In this document: positions 25,385-36,744 of the stretch, piece after piece
Position numbering within the stretch: the first letter of the stretch is position 1
How the letters are laid out: each line of letters opens with the position of its first letter
Assembly (NCBI RefSeq): GCF_030144855.1
Contig: NC_082725.1
Location: 61,194,001-61,258,000, forward strand
Direction of reading: 5' to 3'
Length of the DNA stretch: 64,000 bases
Source of the DNA: Hypanus sabinus
Lineage: Eukaryota
The notes under the pieces: generated by a model
Databases searched by the model: none
The model's input: only the letters and a program-made list of their open reading frames with translations
What the model was told of the DNA's origin: nothing
Program-made: the position numbers and the translations under genes

Positions 25385-27452
25385 AGATAGGTTGAGGAAG
25401 CAGGGAATCTGAAGAAAGACTTGGACAGATTAGGAGATTGCACAAGTAAGTGGCAGATGGAATACAGCATACTAAAGTGTATGGTCTTGCACTTTGGAAG
25501 AAGGAATAAAGGTGTGGACTATTTTCTAAATGGGGAGCAAATTCAGAAATTGGAGGTGCAAAGTGACTTTAGAGTCTTCATGCAGGATTCCATCAAGGTT
25601 AATTTGCAGGTTGAGTTGGTAATAAGGAAGTCAAAAGCAATATTAAGCATTCATTTTGAGAGGACTAGAATATAAAAGCAATGATATAATGCTGAGGCTT
25701 TTTAACAGTGAACAGTTTTGGACACCTTGTCTAAGATGTGTTGGCATTGGAGAGGTTCCAGAGGAGGTTTACAAGAATGAGCCCAGGTATGAAATGGCTG
25801 ATTTCTCCATTCTTTTCACAGAACTGTTCAAATTCTGTCAGATTGCATGGGTTCATGAGTGAACAGCCCTTTTCAAATGCAGCCACAAATTCTCAATTGG
25901 ATTGAGGTCTGGACTCTGTTTTGACCTCTCCAGGACATTAACTTTGTTGTTCTTAAGATATTCCTATGTAGCTTGGGCTTTATACTTGCAGTCATTATCT
26001 TGCTGAAAAACAAATCTCCCAAGTCACAGTTCTCTTGCAGACTGCATCAGGATTTGCCTGTATTTTGCTGCATTCATTTTACCCTCTACCTTCACAAGCC
26101 TTCCAGGACCTGCTGCAGTGAAGCATCCCCACAGCATGATGTAGCCACGACCATGCTTCACGGTAGGGATGGTATGTTTTTATATGCTTTGTTTGGCTTA
26201 TACCAAACATAGTCTTTAGAGTGATGGCCAAAAAGCTCAATGTTGGTTTCATCAGACCATAGAACCTTCTTCTTGCTGACTTCAGAGCTTCCCACTGCCT
26301 TCTGGAAAACTCCAGCTGAGATTTCATGTGAGATATTTTTAACAGTGGCTTTTTTTGCCACTCTCCCATAAAGTTGTGACTGCTGAAGAACCCAGACAAC
26401 AGTCTCTCCCATCTCAGCCACTGAAGCTTGTAACTCCTCCAGAGCATTCATGGGTCTCTTGGAGGCCTCCTCCACTTTGTACATGGTCACTCGGTTTTTG
26501 AGGCTGGCTCTAGGCAGATTTACAGCTGTGCCACATTCTTTCCATTTCTTGATGATTGACTTAACTGTACTCCCAGGGATATTCAGTGACTTGGAAATTT
26601 TCTTGTATCCATCTCCTGACTTGTGCTTTTCAATAACCTTTTCATAGAGTTGCTTGGAGTGTTCTTTTGTCTTCATGCTGTAGTCTTTGTCAGAATACTG
26701 ACTTACCAGCTGTTGAAACTTCCAGATACAGGTGTATTTTTACTATAATCCATGGAAACACCGTGACTGCACACAGTGATCTCCATTTAACCAACCAATT
26801 GGCTGCGCCAGTGGCGGTTTGGAGTGTCATATTAAAGGGGGTGAATACTTATGGAATCAACTATCTTTTGTTTTATATTTGTAATTAACTTAGTTCACTT
26901 TGTAGAGATCTATTTTCACTTTGACACAAAGGAGTATTTTTCTGTTGATCAGTGTCAAAAAATCAAATTTAATCCACTGTGATTCAATATTGTAAAACAA
27001 TAAAATAAGAAAACTGTCAGTGGGAGGAATACTTTTTATCGGCGCTGTACGAGGAGCATTTAATGAAGAATTTGAGGGAATCCCATTGAAACCTACCATA
27101 TATTGACATGCCTAGATTGAGTTGTCATGGAGTTGATGTTTCCATTCGTGGGAGAGTTTAAGACCAGCAAGCACAACCTCAGAATAGAAGGGTGTCCATT
27201 TTAGAATAGAGTTGTTCTTTAGCCAGAGGGTAGTGAATCTGTGTAATTCATTGCCACAGACAGCTATGGAGGCCAGTCATTGGGTATATTTAAAGTGGAG
27301 GTTAATAGGTTCTTGATAGGAGGGTCATCAAAGGATACGGGGGAAAAGTTAGGAGATTGGGTTTGAGAGAGAAAAAAAATCAGCCATGATCAAAAGGCAG
27401 AGCAGATTCGATAGACCAAATGGCCTATTTCTGCTTTTTATGGTCTTATGGT
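25385..27452 (+). mobile_element. CR1 3' fragment interrupted by a Tc1 element
   Basis: DRLGD..KWQMEY..HFGRRN; resumes at ~27050 and ends in tatggtcttatggtc. Confidence 0.8.
25796..27047 (-). mobile_element. Tc1-like DNA transposon, truncated
   Basis: transposase MKTKEHSKQL..GYKKISKSLNIP.STVKSIIKKWKE, VLWSDETNIELFG; TIR ends ...gcgctg|TA at 27047. Confidence 0.9.
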
Positions 27453-27454
27453 CT

Positions 27455-27860
27455 AAAAATGTCCTTTTGCATGCTATTCATACAAATGAATTCATCACAT
27501 CATGCATTGAAGCAGTAAAAGGGAAAACCATAAAAGGTGCAGAATGTAGCGTCATAGTCACAGAGAAAGTACTGTGCGGCAGACAAGGTGATAACCAGAT
27601 AAGTTATAAGGTGCTAGGATATAACAAGGTAGATTGTGAGGTCAAGAGTGTATTCAACTGTCTTCCTTGAGCCTGGTGACATGTTCTTTCAGGTCCTTGT
27701 ATCTTCTGATTGATGAGACAGGAGAGAAAAGAGGTGGGGTGGTTGGGATCTTTGATTTTGCTGTTGCTTTACAGAGGCAGTGAGAAACATAGACAGAATC
27801 CATGGAGGGGAGGCAGCTTTCTATGATGTGCTGAGTCGTGCCCACAAGTCTCTGCAGTCT
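27455..27860 (-). mobile_element. Rex/Babar-like fragment
   Basis: TQHIIESCLPSMDSVY.SHCL.KA..RRYKDLK. Confidence 0.6.
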
Positions 27861-27966
27861 CTTGTGTCTCTAATGATCAGATTTTTTTTAAACATGTTGA
27901 TTTTACTTAGATATTCTGCAGTTTAGTAATATAAAACTTTATAAACATTATGTATTAAATACACAG

Positions 27967-28092
27967 GCCAAAGGAGTTCATGACCATCCAAGACCAGAGA
28001 GTAAATCAGAAACAGAAGCAAGGAGAAGTGCTGTTAAAAGAAGACTTACCTCTCCACATTACACACATAAGAAGAGGCACATGGAATCAGAG
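27967..28092 (+). CDS. gcm2: GCM2 coding exon 4
   Basis: [26 protein letters not shown]; acacag| and |gtagga; 126 nt. Confidence 0.97.
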
Positions 28093-28774
28093 GTAGGAAA
28101 TGCGCCACAGTAGACTTGATATCCAAGTTATATTAGCATATGTATCCCTTTAATTACCCATTGGATTGCAATGATGTGCAACAGAACTAAAGCCTAACTC
28201 CCTTTCTCAGATAGATCTCCAGATTCACCCAGATTATGAGTTTATCTGTAATGCTGCCAACACTTTCTTCACTGTCCAAAGGTCACTCCACAAAGGTCTC
28301 TCTTCCAAGGGTTCCCAATCTTTTTTTATGCCATGGAGCCCTGCCATTAACCAAGGGGTCTGTAGGCCCTGCCAATAATTGCAGGAAGATGAATTTACTA
28401 TCATCTTCCATCACTCTGCGTTCAACATATCTGCATGTTGAACCAACAGATTAAATTATACCTCCTGCTCTCATGCTAATATTCAATGCTCCTGTGAAGT
28501 CATTCTGTTCTGTAATTCATTGCTCTATGGCTCCATTTAATGTGTCATTGATCTGTGGACAACTCATAAACACCTGTGACAGTACTCCCATCCAACCTTC
28601 TCTCTTCATTAATTCAGCTACTCAAAATATAATCAATTAAGTACATCATCCAATCTCACTATCACAGGAAAATCTTCTGTTGCCTAAGACTGATGGTTCC
28701 CAATTTGGGGTCCATGGTAATAGGTTAATGGTAGGGATCCAAAGCATAAAATGGGTTGGAAATCCCAGCCTTAG

Positions 28775-29900
28775 ACCAAATCTAGAGCTGTAGAGTTATA
28801 CAACAAGCAAACGGGGCCCTTTGGAAAACTCATCCATGCTGAACTAAGTGTCAGCCTGAGCTTGTCCCATTTGCCATATTCCTCAAAATCCTCCCTTTCC
28901 ATGCACTCCTCCAAATGTTTTTCGTTTAAATGTTGTTGTACAACATTTGCATTACTTTGCAAATGTCATCTACCACGTCCTCTGGCAGCTCATTCCATAC
29001 ATGCACCATCCTCTGTGTGGAAAATAACAAGATCCTAGAGAACATTGTAGAACCCTCAGGTCCACTATAGGTCTTTGCCTTCTCACCTTACACCTATGTC
29101 CTCACATTTTGGGCTCCCCTTAGTCTGAGAAAAAGACTGTGATATTTATTTATACCCCACTTAATTTTAGAAATGACAATGAAGTCACCCCTCAGCCTTC
29201 GTTACTCCAGGGAAAACTGTCCCAGCCTATCCAGTTTGTATTTATAATAAAGCTCTGCAGTCCTGGCAACATCTTCGTGAATCTTTTTGGCACTCTGTAC
29301 TTTAATCACATCCTTCCATTAGTGTGTGTACCAGACCACCACACAATATTCCAGGTTCAGTTTCACCAACATCCCATAAATTTGTAAAATAACATCCCAA
29401 CCCATATACTCAATGTCCTGCCCAATGAAGGGAATAAATGTCTCCTTCACCGCCCTATCTAACTGGTTCTTCACTTTGAGAGATCTATGTCCTTGGCCCC
29501 TCTGTTCTACAGTGTTCTCTAGGATCCTGTTATTTACTATGTGTACCCTAATATACTTTCCCAAAATGCATCACTTTGCAATTTTCTGAATTAAATTCCA
29601 ATTGCTATTCCATAAGGTGTAACAGCAGAATCAGATCATTCGGCCCATCAAGTTTGATCTGCCATTGCATCATGGCTGATATATTAACCCTCTCAACCCC
29701 ATCCATCTGCCTTCTCCCTTACTAATTAAGAGCCTGTCAACCTCTGCTTTAAATATACCCAATTTTCTTCCTACTTTCCCTTTGATCTAGATCATGTTGT
29801 AAATTTAGTTATTTTCTTCACTGTTCACTCTCCACAATTTTGGTGTCATTCACAAACTTATTAATCATGCTTCCTGCATTTTCATCCAAATTATTAATAT
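28775..29900 (-). mobile_element. CR1 fragments
   Basis: minus ORFs VEQRGQG..LKV..LEYCVVVW; CR1 3' UTR. Confidence 0.75.
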
Positions 29901-30039
29901 CTATGTGACAAAACAACATTGCTGGCTATTTTAATTAGCATCTTCATAAAGAAATCTTCATAATTTATCCACTGATACACTCTACCTGAATGCTTTATTT
30001 CCAGAATGTTAATCATATATATATTTACAATTCAATACA

Positions 30040-30560
30040 GTATTCTTGAGGCCTCCATTGTGGAAAATGTGGACCTAGGTGCAAAAGTGGCCAACAGCAC
30101 TTGTCATTGGTGACCAATGTAAATGTTCTGTTGATGTTTAACGTTAAGACTGAGTCCAAATGAAGGGTCTTGACCTGAAACATTGATTGTCCATTTCCCT
30201 CCATAGATGCTGCCTGACCTGCTGAGTAACTCCAGTATCTTGTGTGTTGCTCCATATTCCAGTATCAGTAGTCTCTTGTATCTCCCATGTAAATGTTCGG
30301 TCTGATAGAAATGAGAGGTATCTTGTGTTCTCAAATATGATTGCCAATGCTTCCTTCTCAGACTGAGACCAGTTACTCTTACTCATTGTTTCCGTATGTG
30401 ATGCAAAAGCTTTAGGCTTTCTCTAGCAATTTTCCTTATGGTGGCTTGTAATAGGAGGCATCATAGGGCACCAGAGGACTGGTTAGTGAGAATTTCATCT
30501 TTCCCTTGCCTATACTTGACCTTTCCACTATGGTGCATCCTCTTTCAATAGGTGATGAAA
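30040..30560 (-). mobile_element. Ty3/Gypsy pol (RNase H) remnant split by a Penelope-derived insertion
   Basis: AFASHT..NWSQSEKEALAIIF and TFTLVTND resemble Gypsy RNase H motifs (AFASR..NYSQ.EKEALAI; FTL.TDH). Confidence 0.7.
30129..30286 (+). mobile_element. short Penelope-derived insertion
   Basis: 12-bp TSD ATGTAAATGTTC at 30117 and 30287; gatgctgcctgacctgctgag motif. Confidence 0.75.
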
Positions 30561-30919
30561 CAGAGTGATTACCTCTGTAAGGAGTGTGTTCGGCCATGCA
30601 TGGGAAATTTAATGTTTGGTGACATTCTACAGATATACAGCTGCCAGTTTCAATTCTTTTCCTTTCAGTTTTTACTTGCAGTTTCCTAGTCTACAGCATG
30701 CAGTACTTGCAGAATATGCAAAGTAACACACAGGAAACACAGATCTACAAGGAGATTCTTAGACCAACCCCAGTAGGCTTGTTCCCTTTCAGTTCCAATC
30801 AACTATTACATGCAAATATTATTTGGTACTACTTCTACGTGCATTCTGAAATGATATTCTGTCATTCTCTGATATCCTCATTTACTCCTGGGGGTTTTTA
30901 AACCCTTAAACATTCCATC

Positions 30920-31445
30920 AGGGAGAATGAGGTGAGAGAAGGAGAACGAGATGGGGGAGAGAGGGAGTTGGGGTGAGAGAAGGAGAGAGAGATGGAGTGA
31001 GGGGGGAGTGATGGGATGATGGGGGGAGTGATGGGATGAGGGGGGAGAGATGTGGTAAGAGGAGAGAGAGAATGGGTGACAGAGTGAGATGGGGTGACAG
31101 AGAAATGGGGTGGTGGAAGAAAGATGGTAAAGGGACAGTGAAAGATGGGTAGATAGAGATGAGGTAAGAGAAAGAGTGATAGGGAAAAACAGATGTGGCA
31201 AGAGAGAGATGGGGAGGGAAAGAAATGGAAATGAGTGAGAGAAAGAAGGGAGGGAGGGATGTGGAGAAAGCAGAGGGAGATGGGGAGAGAGGCAGAGAGA
31301 TGGAGAGATGGAAAGAGAAAGAGGGGGTGAGAGATGGGAGAGATAGAGAAAGAGAGGGGAGATAGAGATAAAGAGAGGTGAGAGGGAGGGGGCACAGATG
31401 GGGTGAAAATGAGTAAAGGGGTGATAAAGAGGGGAGAGAGATGGT
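30920..31445. repeat. GA-rich polypurine low-complexity repeat
   Basis: almost pure G/A with gagatgg words; explains the S/L/P-rich minus-strand ORFs. Confidence 0.9.
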
Positions 31446-31937
31446 GAATGTGTAAGTTTTGCTCATTAAGTGTTTCACAGGATCAAGGATGGTTAAACAC
31501 AAGTTTATATTAAAGTGTATCTGAATACTTGCCAGATCAATTTGAAACCTATTTCAAACCACCCAATGTTTTTGAATTGAATAAAGACATTCAGTTTTCC
31601 TGAATTGACTTTCTTTAAGGTTGTGGAAGAAAATTTGAACTAAAGTATGAGGGTTGAAGCTTTAATTGTAGACATTGGCCAGATTTCTTTTAACTGATGG
31701 TTTTGACCTCTGTGTGGCCTTGAGATTGAAATCAGTTGTGATATCTGGCACTCAGTCAATAGAGGTTTTCAAGTGGTTTTTATTTTAGTTGTGGTGAGAA
31801 ATTGCTTTTGTTTCATCCAGTTTAAACTCAAATAAATACTTTAGTTTTAATTCAAACAAACATTAAGCACTGTTTTATCCAGTTACTGCAAGTATGGGTG
31901 CTAGATTTTGGATTAGTCCCACTCAAATGGAAGTTTT

Positions 31938-32340
31938 CACACACAAAATGCTGGAGGAACTCAGCAAGCCAGGCAGCATCTATGAAAAAGAGTGCAGTTG
32001 ACATTTAGGGCCGAGACCCTTCATCAGGACTGGAAAAAATGATGAGTCAGAGTAAGGAAGTGGGGGGAGGGGAAGAAGAACCACAAGATGATAGGAGAAA
32101 CTTGGAGGTGGGGAGCGGTGAAGAAAAGATCCGTGATATTGATTGGTGAAAGACATACAGTGCTAGAGAAGGGGGAATCTGATAGGAGAGGACAGAAAGC
32201 CATGGAAGAAATGAAAGGGGGAGGAGCACCAGAGGGAGGTGATAGGCAAGTAAGGAGATTAGGTAAGAGAAGGAATTGGGAGTGGGGAATGGTAAAGGTT
32301 GGGGGTGCATTACCACAAGTTCAAGAAATCAGTGTTCAAA
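31938..32340 (-). mobile_element. Penelope-like element 3' end with hammerhead-like motif
   Basis: acacaaaatgctggaggaactcagc terminus; minus strand cagtcCTGATGAagggtctcggccctaaatgtcaactg. Confidence 0.75.
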
Positions 32341-32879
32341 TGCAAGTTTTGTCAAAAAATAATAGGGAATAATAAATAAGGTTGATTAAAGATATTCAAT
32401 TATGTTTTAAAAGCTCTGTTCCAAATAGATTTTCTGTGAGTTTTTAAGTCATTAAGAAATGAAATCAAAGTTTTGTAGCAGTAGTATTGTTCATCAGAGC
32501 AACAGACAGTGGTGCCATGCAGACACTGAAGCTTCCCAATCTACCAAATGGCTCTCAGAACTGGACCAGAACCTCAGGATAGTTTACATCTGACAGCGAC
32601 CTCTCTGGGAAGGTTAATGATCCAAAAGGAAGGATCTTTGAAACATGGGAAAACAGCACACAATTTAACTTGCATAATACCATTATAAAACATTTACAAC
32701 AAAAAACTTAATTCTAGCCCAAAAATTAGACAAAAGTAGTTTCTGTGGTTAAACTTGCAGGTACAGCAATATGAGATCTTTTGGAGATAAGACCATCATC
32801 ACAGCAAACTGCAATTGTGGTGCCAATGGTTATTAAGTTACCCCAGCTCCCTATGGCAGCAGGGATAATTTCATCACTT

Positions 32880-33790
32880 CAGAATCAGGTTTAATATCAC
32901 TGGCATATGTCCTGACATTTATTATTTTGTGACAGCTGTATATTGGAATACTTAATAAAAACTGTAAATAACATTAAAAATATACATAAAAATTAAATAT
33001 ATAGTGCAAAATGAGACAGAAAAATACCGAGGTAGTACTCATGGAATCATTGTCCATTCAGAAATCTGATTGCAGTGAGGAAGAAACAGTTCCTGAAATG
33101 TTGAGTGTGTGTCTTCAGCTTCTTGTATTTCCTCCCTGATTTGTCCTGGATGATAGGAGCTCTTCATGATGAATGTCACCTTTTTGAGGCATCATTTCTT
33201 GAAGATGTTCTCGATGCAGGGGAAGCCATTGCTCAAGATAGAGCTGGCAGAGTTCACAACTTTCTGTAGCTTTTTCCAATCCTGTGCACTGGTTCATCCT
33301 TCCCAGATGGTGATATGACTCGTTAGAATGTTCACGGTCCATCTATAGAGATTTGTGACTGTCTTTGGTGACATACCAATTCTTCTCAAACTCCTAATGA
33401 AATATAGCCGCTGTCATGCCTTCTTTGTAACTGCATTGATCTATTGGGTCCTGGACAGATCGTCAGATGTTGATGCACAGAAACTTGAAATTGCTCACCC
33501 TTTGTACTTCTGATCACTCCATGAGGACTGGTGTGTGTTCCCTCATCTTCCTTCCTGAAGTTCACAACCATCTCCTTGGTCTTACTGCAACACCACTCAA
33601 GAAGCTGATCTAATTCACCCCTGTATGCCTCCCTGTCACCATTTGAAATTCTGCCAGTAGTTGTGTCATTTGCAGATTTATAGATACAAGCCACACAAGC
33701 ATGGGTACACATGGGTGTACCGAGCAGAGCAGTGAGCTAGACTTGTATCCTTGAGGTGCACCAGTGATTGTAAGCGAGGAAGAGATGTTA
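32880..33790 (-). mobile_element. Rex/Babar-like LINE fragment
   Basis: ANDTTTGRISNGDREAYRGELDQL..KTKEMVVNFRK. Confidence 0.8.
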
Positions 33791-34470
33791 AAGCATAAGA
33801 CACAGGAGCAGTATTAGGCCATTTGGCTCATCAAGTCTTCTCCACCATTCCATCTTACATGAAGATTCACAGGTCCCTTTGCACCTTATTTAGAAAATGG
33901 TCCGTGTCTTTATTCCTTCTGCCAAAGTGCATGACTATACACTCCCGATACTGTATTCCATTGCCACTTCTTAGCCCATTCTCCTAATTTATTGAAGTCC
34001 TTCTACAGGCACCCTGTTTCTTCAACACTACTTTCCCCTCCACCTACCTTAGTACTGTTTGCAAACCTGGCCACAAAGTCATCAATTCCTTCATCCAAAT
34101 CATTGACATATATTGTGAAAAGAAGCAGTCCGAACACCAACCCCAGTGGAACACAACTGGGGCCATGGCAGCAAACCAGAATAGTCCTTCTTTATTCCTC
34201 CTCCTGCTAGTCAACCCATCTTCTATCCTTGCTGGTACCTTCAGAAAATCCAATTGAACAACATCCACTGACTCTCCTTTGTCTATACCTCTATACCCTG
34301 ACAGATTTGTCAGGGGAAATTCCCGTTTAGAAAACCTTGCCAACTTTGGCCTATTTTATCATATGCCTCCAAGTACACCAAAATCTCATCCTTGATATAC
34401 TCTGACATCTTCCCAACCACTGAAGTTAGCCTAGCTTCAGTGGGTGGAAAGATATTCTTTTTTCTGCCTC
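33790..34470 (-). mobile_element. CR1 fragment
   Basis: GIDKGESVDVVQLDFLK; LTSVVGKMSE. Confidence 0.75.
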
Positions 34471-36744
34471 CCTCCCTTCTTAAAGAGTTACTTCCAATCT
34501 GACAGACTGGTTTCCCAGTGAGGAGGTCAAGAAGCCAGTTACAGAGGCCCAGGTTTTGGTGCTTGTTGTCTAGATCTGAGGGTATTGAATACTGAGTTGT
34601 AATCAATAAAGAGCAGCTGAGTAGAAAGCCAGTGAGATTGCACCCACTGTAGATTTATTGTGGTGATAGGCAAATTGCAGCAGGTTCAATTCCTTGCTGT
34701 CTCCATAATAACCAATGAAAAAGGATCTGACATGAGGTACACAAACACAAGCACAGTGTTTCCCCAAAGTACAGAAAGATTACTTTCCTAGAAAACCATC
34801 TATGTCATGATTTTCTCTAAAGCAAATCCCTTTCTCCTGGCAAAATCTGTATTAAAAAGTGGAGATACATTCCAACAGGGTTTCTCTCTCAATATTAATT
34901 TCCCCGTTGATGTATGGTCCAAGGGCAAGGGAATTCTCTCTGTATTGTAGACAGAAGTAAAGGGGTTAGTATTTTAATTAGCTAGAAATGGATGTCACTG
35001 TGTTTGATGAAGTGTCATTGTACCGCATCAATAGAAGAAATTGCTTTGTCAGTTTCCAAATCAGATCCCATAAGATTCTGCTGTGAACTGTCAATCTGAA
35101 ATTGTCAACTTTGGTAAACTAGTTCAGTGTTCTGTATACGTTTACCTTTATTTGCATAAATTCAGCATGAGTGAATTTTTATTCCATTTCTCAGATATTT
35201 GAGTCATGTTTTGTGAATTCTGTAAGGGAAAATTCCCGTTGCCCAAACAGCTGTAATACAAAAATTGCAAGAGGTAATAATACGTACCTGTTGTTTCAAG
35301 TTATTTTCAGAGATTGCAATAGTAAATAAACAGATGTCAAGACAAAGAGAGATAACATTCTCCCATACTTTCATTTCTACAACATAGCAGGAGACCATTT
35401 CAGCCAATCCAGTTCATAGAGCAATCCGATTCTCCCGTTACCAATTCTCCTGATATTCTAATCAACTCCTCCTCCACTCACATATGCTAGGTCTTATTTA
35501 GAGAAGCCAAGTCATATCTTTGTGATGAGGGAGGAAAACAGAGGGCCTGAAGGAAACTTACACAGTCACAGGGAGAACACACAACCTCCACTTAGACAGC
35601 ACCAGTGGTCAGTATGGAACTTGGGTCACTGGAGCTGAAAAGTAACTGCTTCACTGTCTGTACACTGTGCCCCAAACTAGATGAAGGTAGTGAACTGCCC
35701 CTGATGCCACCACCAGGAGAAGCAGGGCCTTGGCAGAACAAGGGGACGCTTTAAACCCCTTTTGGCCAGACCCTGGCCAAAGACAAGGGTCTGTTAGGCA
35801 CAAGATGAGCATGCAGGGTAACTGATTTCAAAAGGAACCAATTGCACAGCTCCTTATCTTGTATCAGTAAATAAATAATAACTGAAAAAATCTTAAATTA
35901 GTGAAGAAGCAGCAAATTTACTTTAAATATGTATGAAAAATGTCATGCTCTGACCACCCCCTTACACTTGCAGGTGATCAGTAAATGCATCTCTGTCGTA
36001 GCTCTGGCCACTGTCAGTTATCTATTGCTCTTCAACAGTGTGATTGTGGGGTTCTGGGGAGTGTGACTAGTGTGTGCATTAGAGAAAGAGACTATGGTGT
36101 GTCTTTCTTAGCTCAACAATCCCAGTCATAAATGCTCAGCTGGCCAGTTGTAAGATCCTACAGGATATTTTGAACCTTGTAAAAATTGTCACAATGGTAG
36201 GATTATGACCCTTCAGAGCACATACTGCAGGACCTGAATGGTGCTAATTATTACCCGTGCTGGAGTAGATTGGGGGCATCAGTAATCAGAGTTCATATCT
36301 TCCCCCTCTGGCTTCACTCTGGATTCACATCGCAATAGCTATGAATTCCATACTGGAAATAGTGAGACCTTAATCCCTGCAGAAAAGCTCCTGTCGAGTT
36401 GTTCTTTTTCCTCAGGCAATGAAACCAAACTATCTCTTGAACTCTATATATTTAATAAATCTAGAGGGTTTATTTCACCCTATTTTATATCAAACATTCA
36501 ATGTGTACATATCAACAGTTTTCACAAAAACAAGTGTTGACCGTGAACAACATTAACATAGAAATATACAGAAGATAAAGCAATCTTTCTGGTACATAGG
36601 TGCATGAGCTTAGAAAAATAGAGGGCTATGAGTAAGTCTAGGTAGTAAGGACATGTGCAGCTTTGTGGGCCAAAGGGCCTGTATTGTGCTGTATGGTTTC
36701 TATGTTCTGGTAGACCTCACTATGCAGCAATTTTATCAGAGCAC

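Noticed and set aside
30878-31502. Long S/L/P/H-rich minus-strand ORFs
   Set aside because: Artefacts of the GA-rich low-complexity tract
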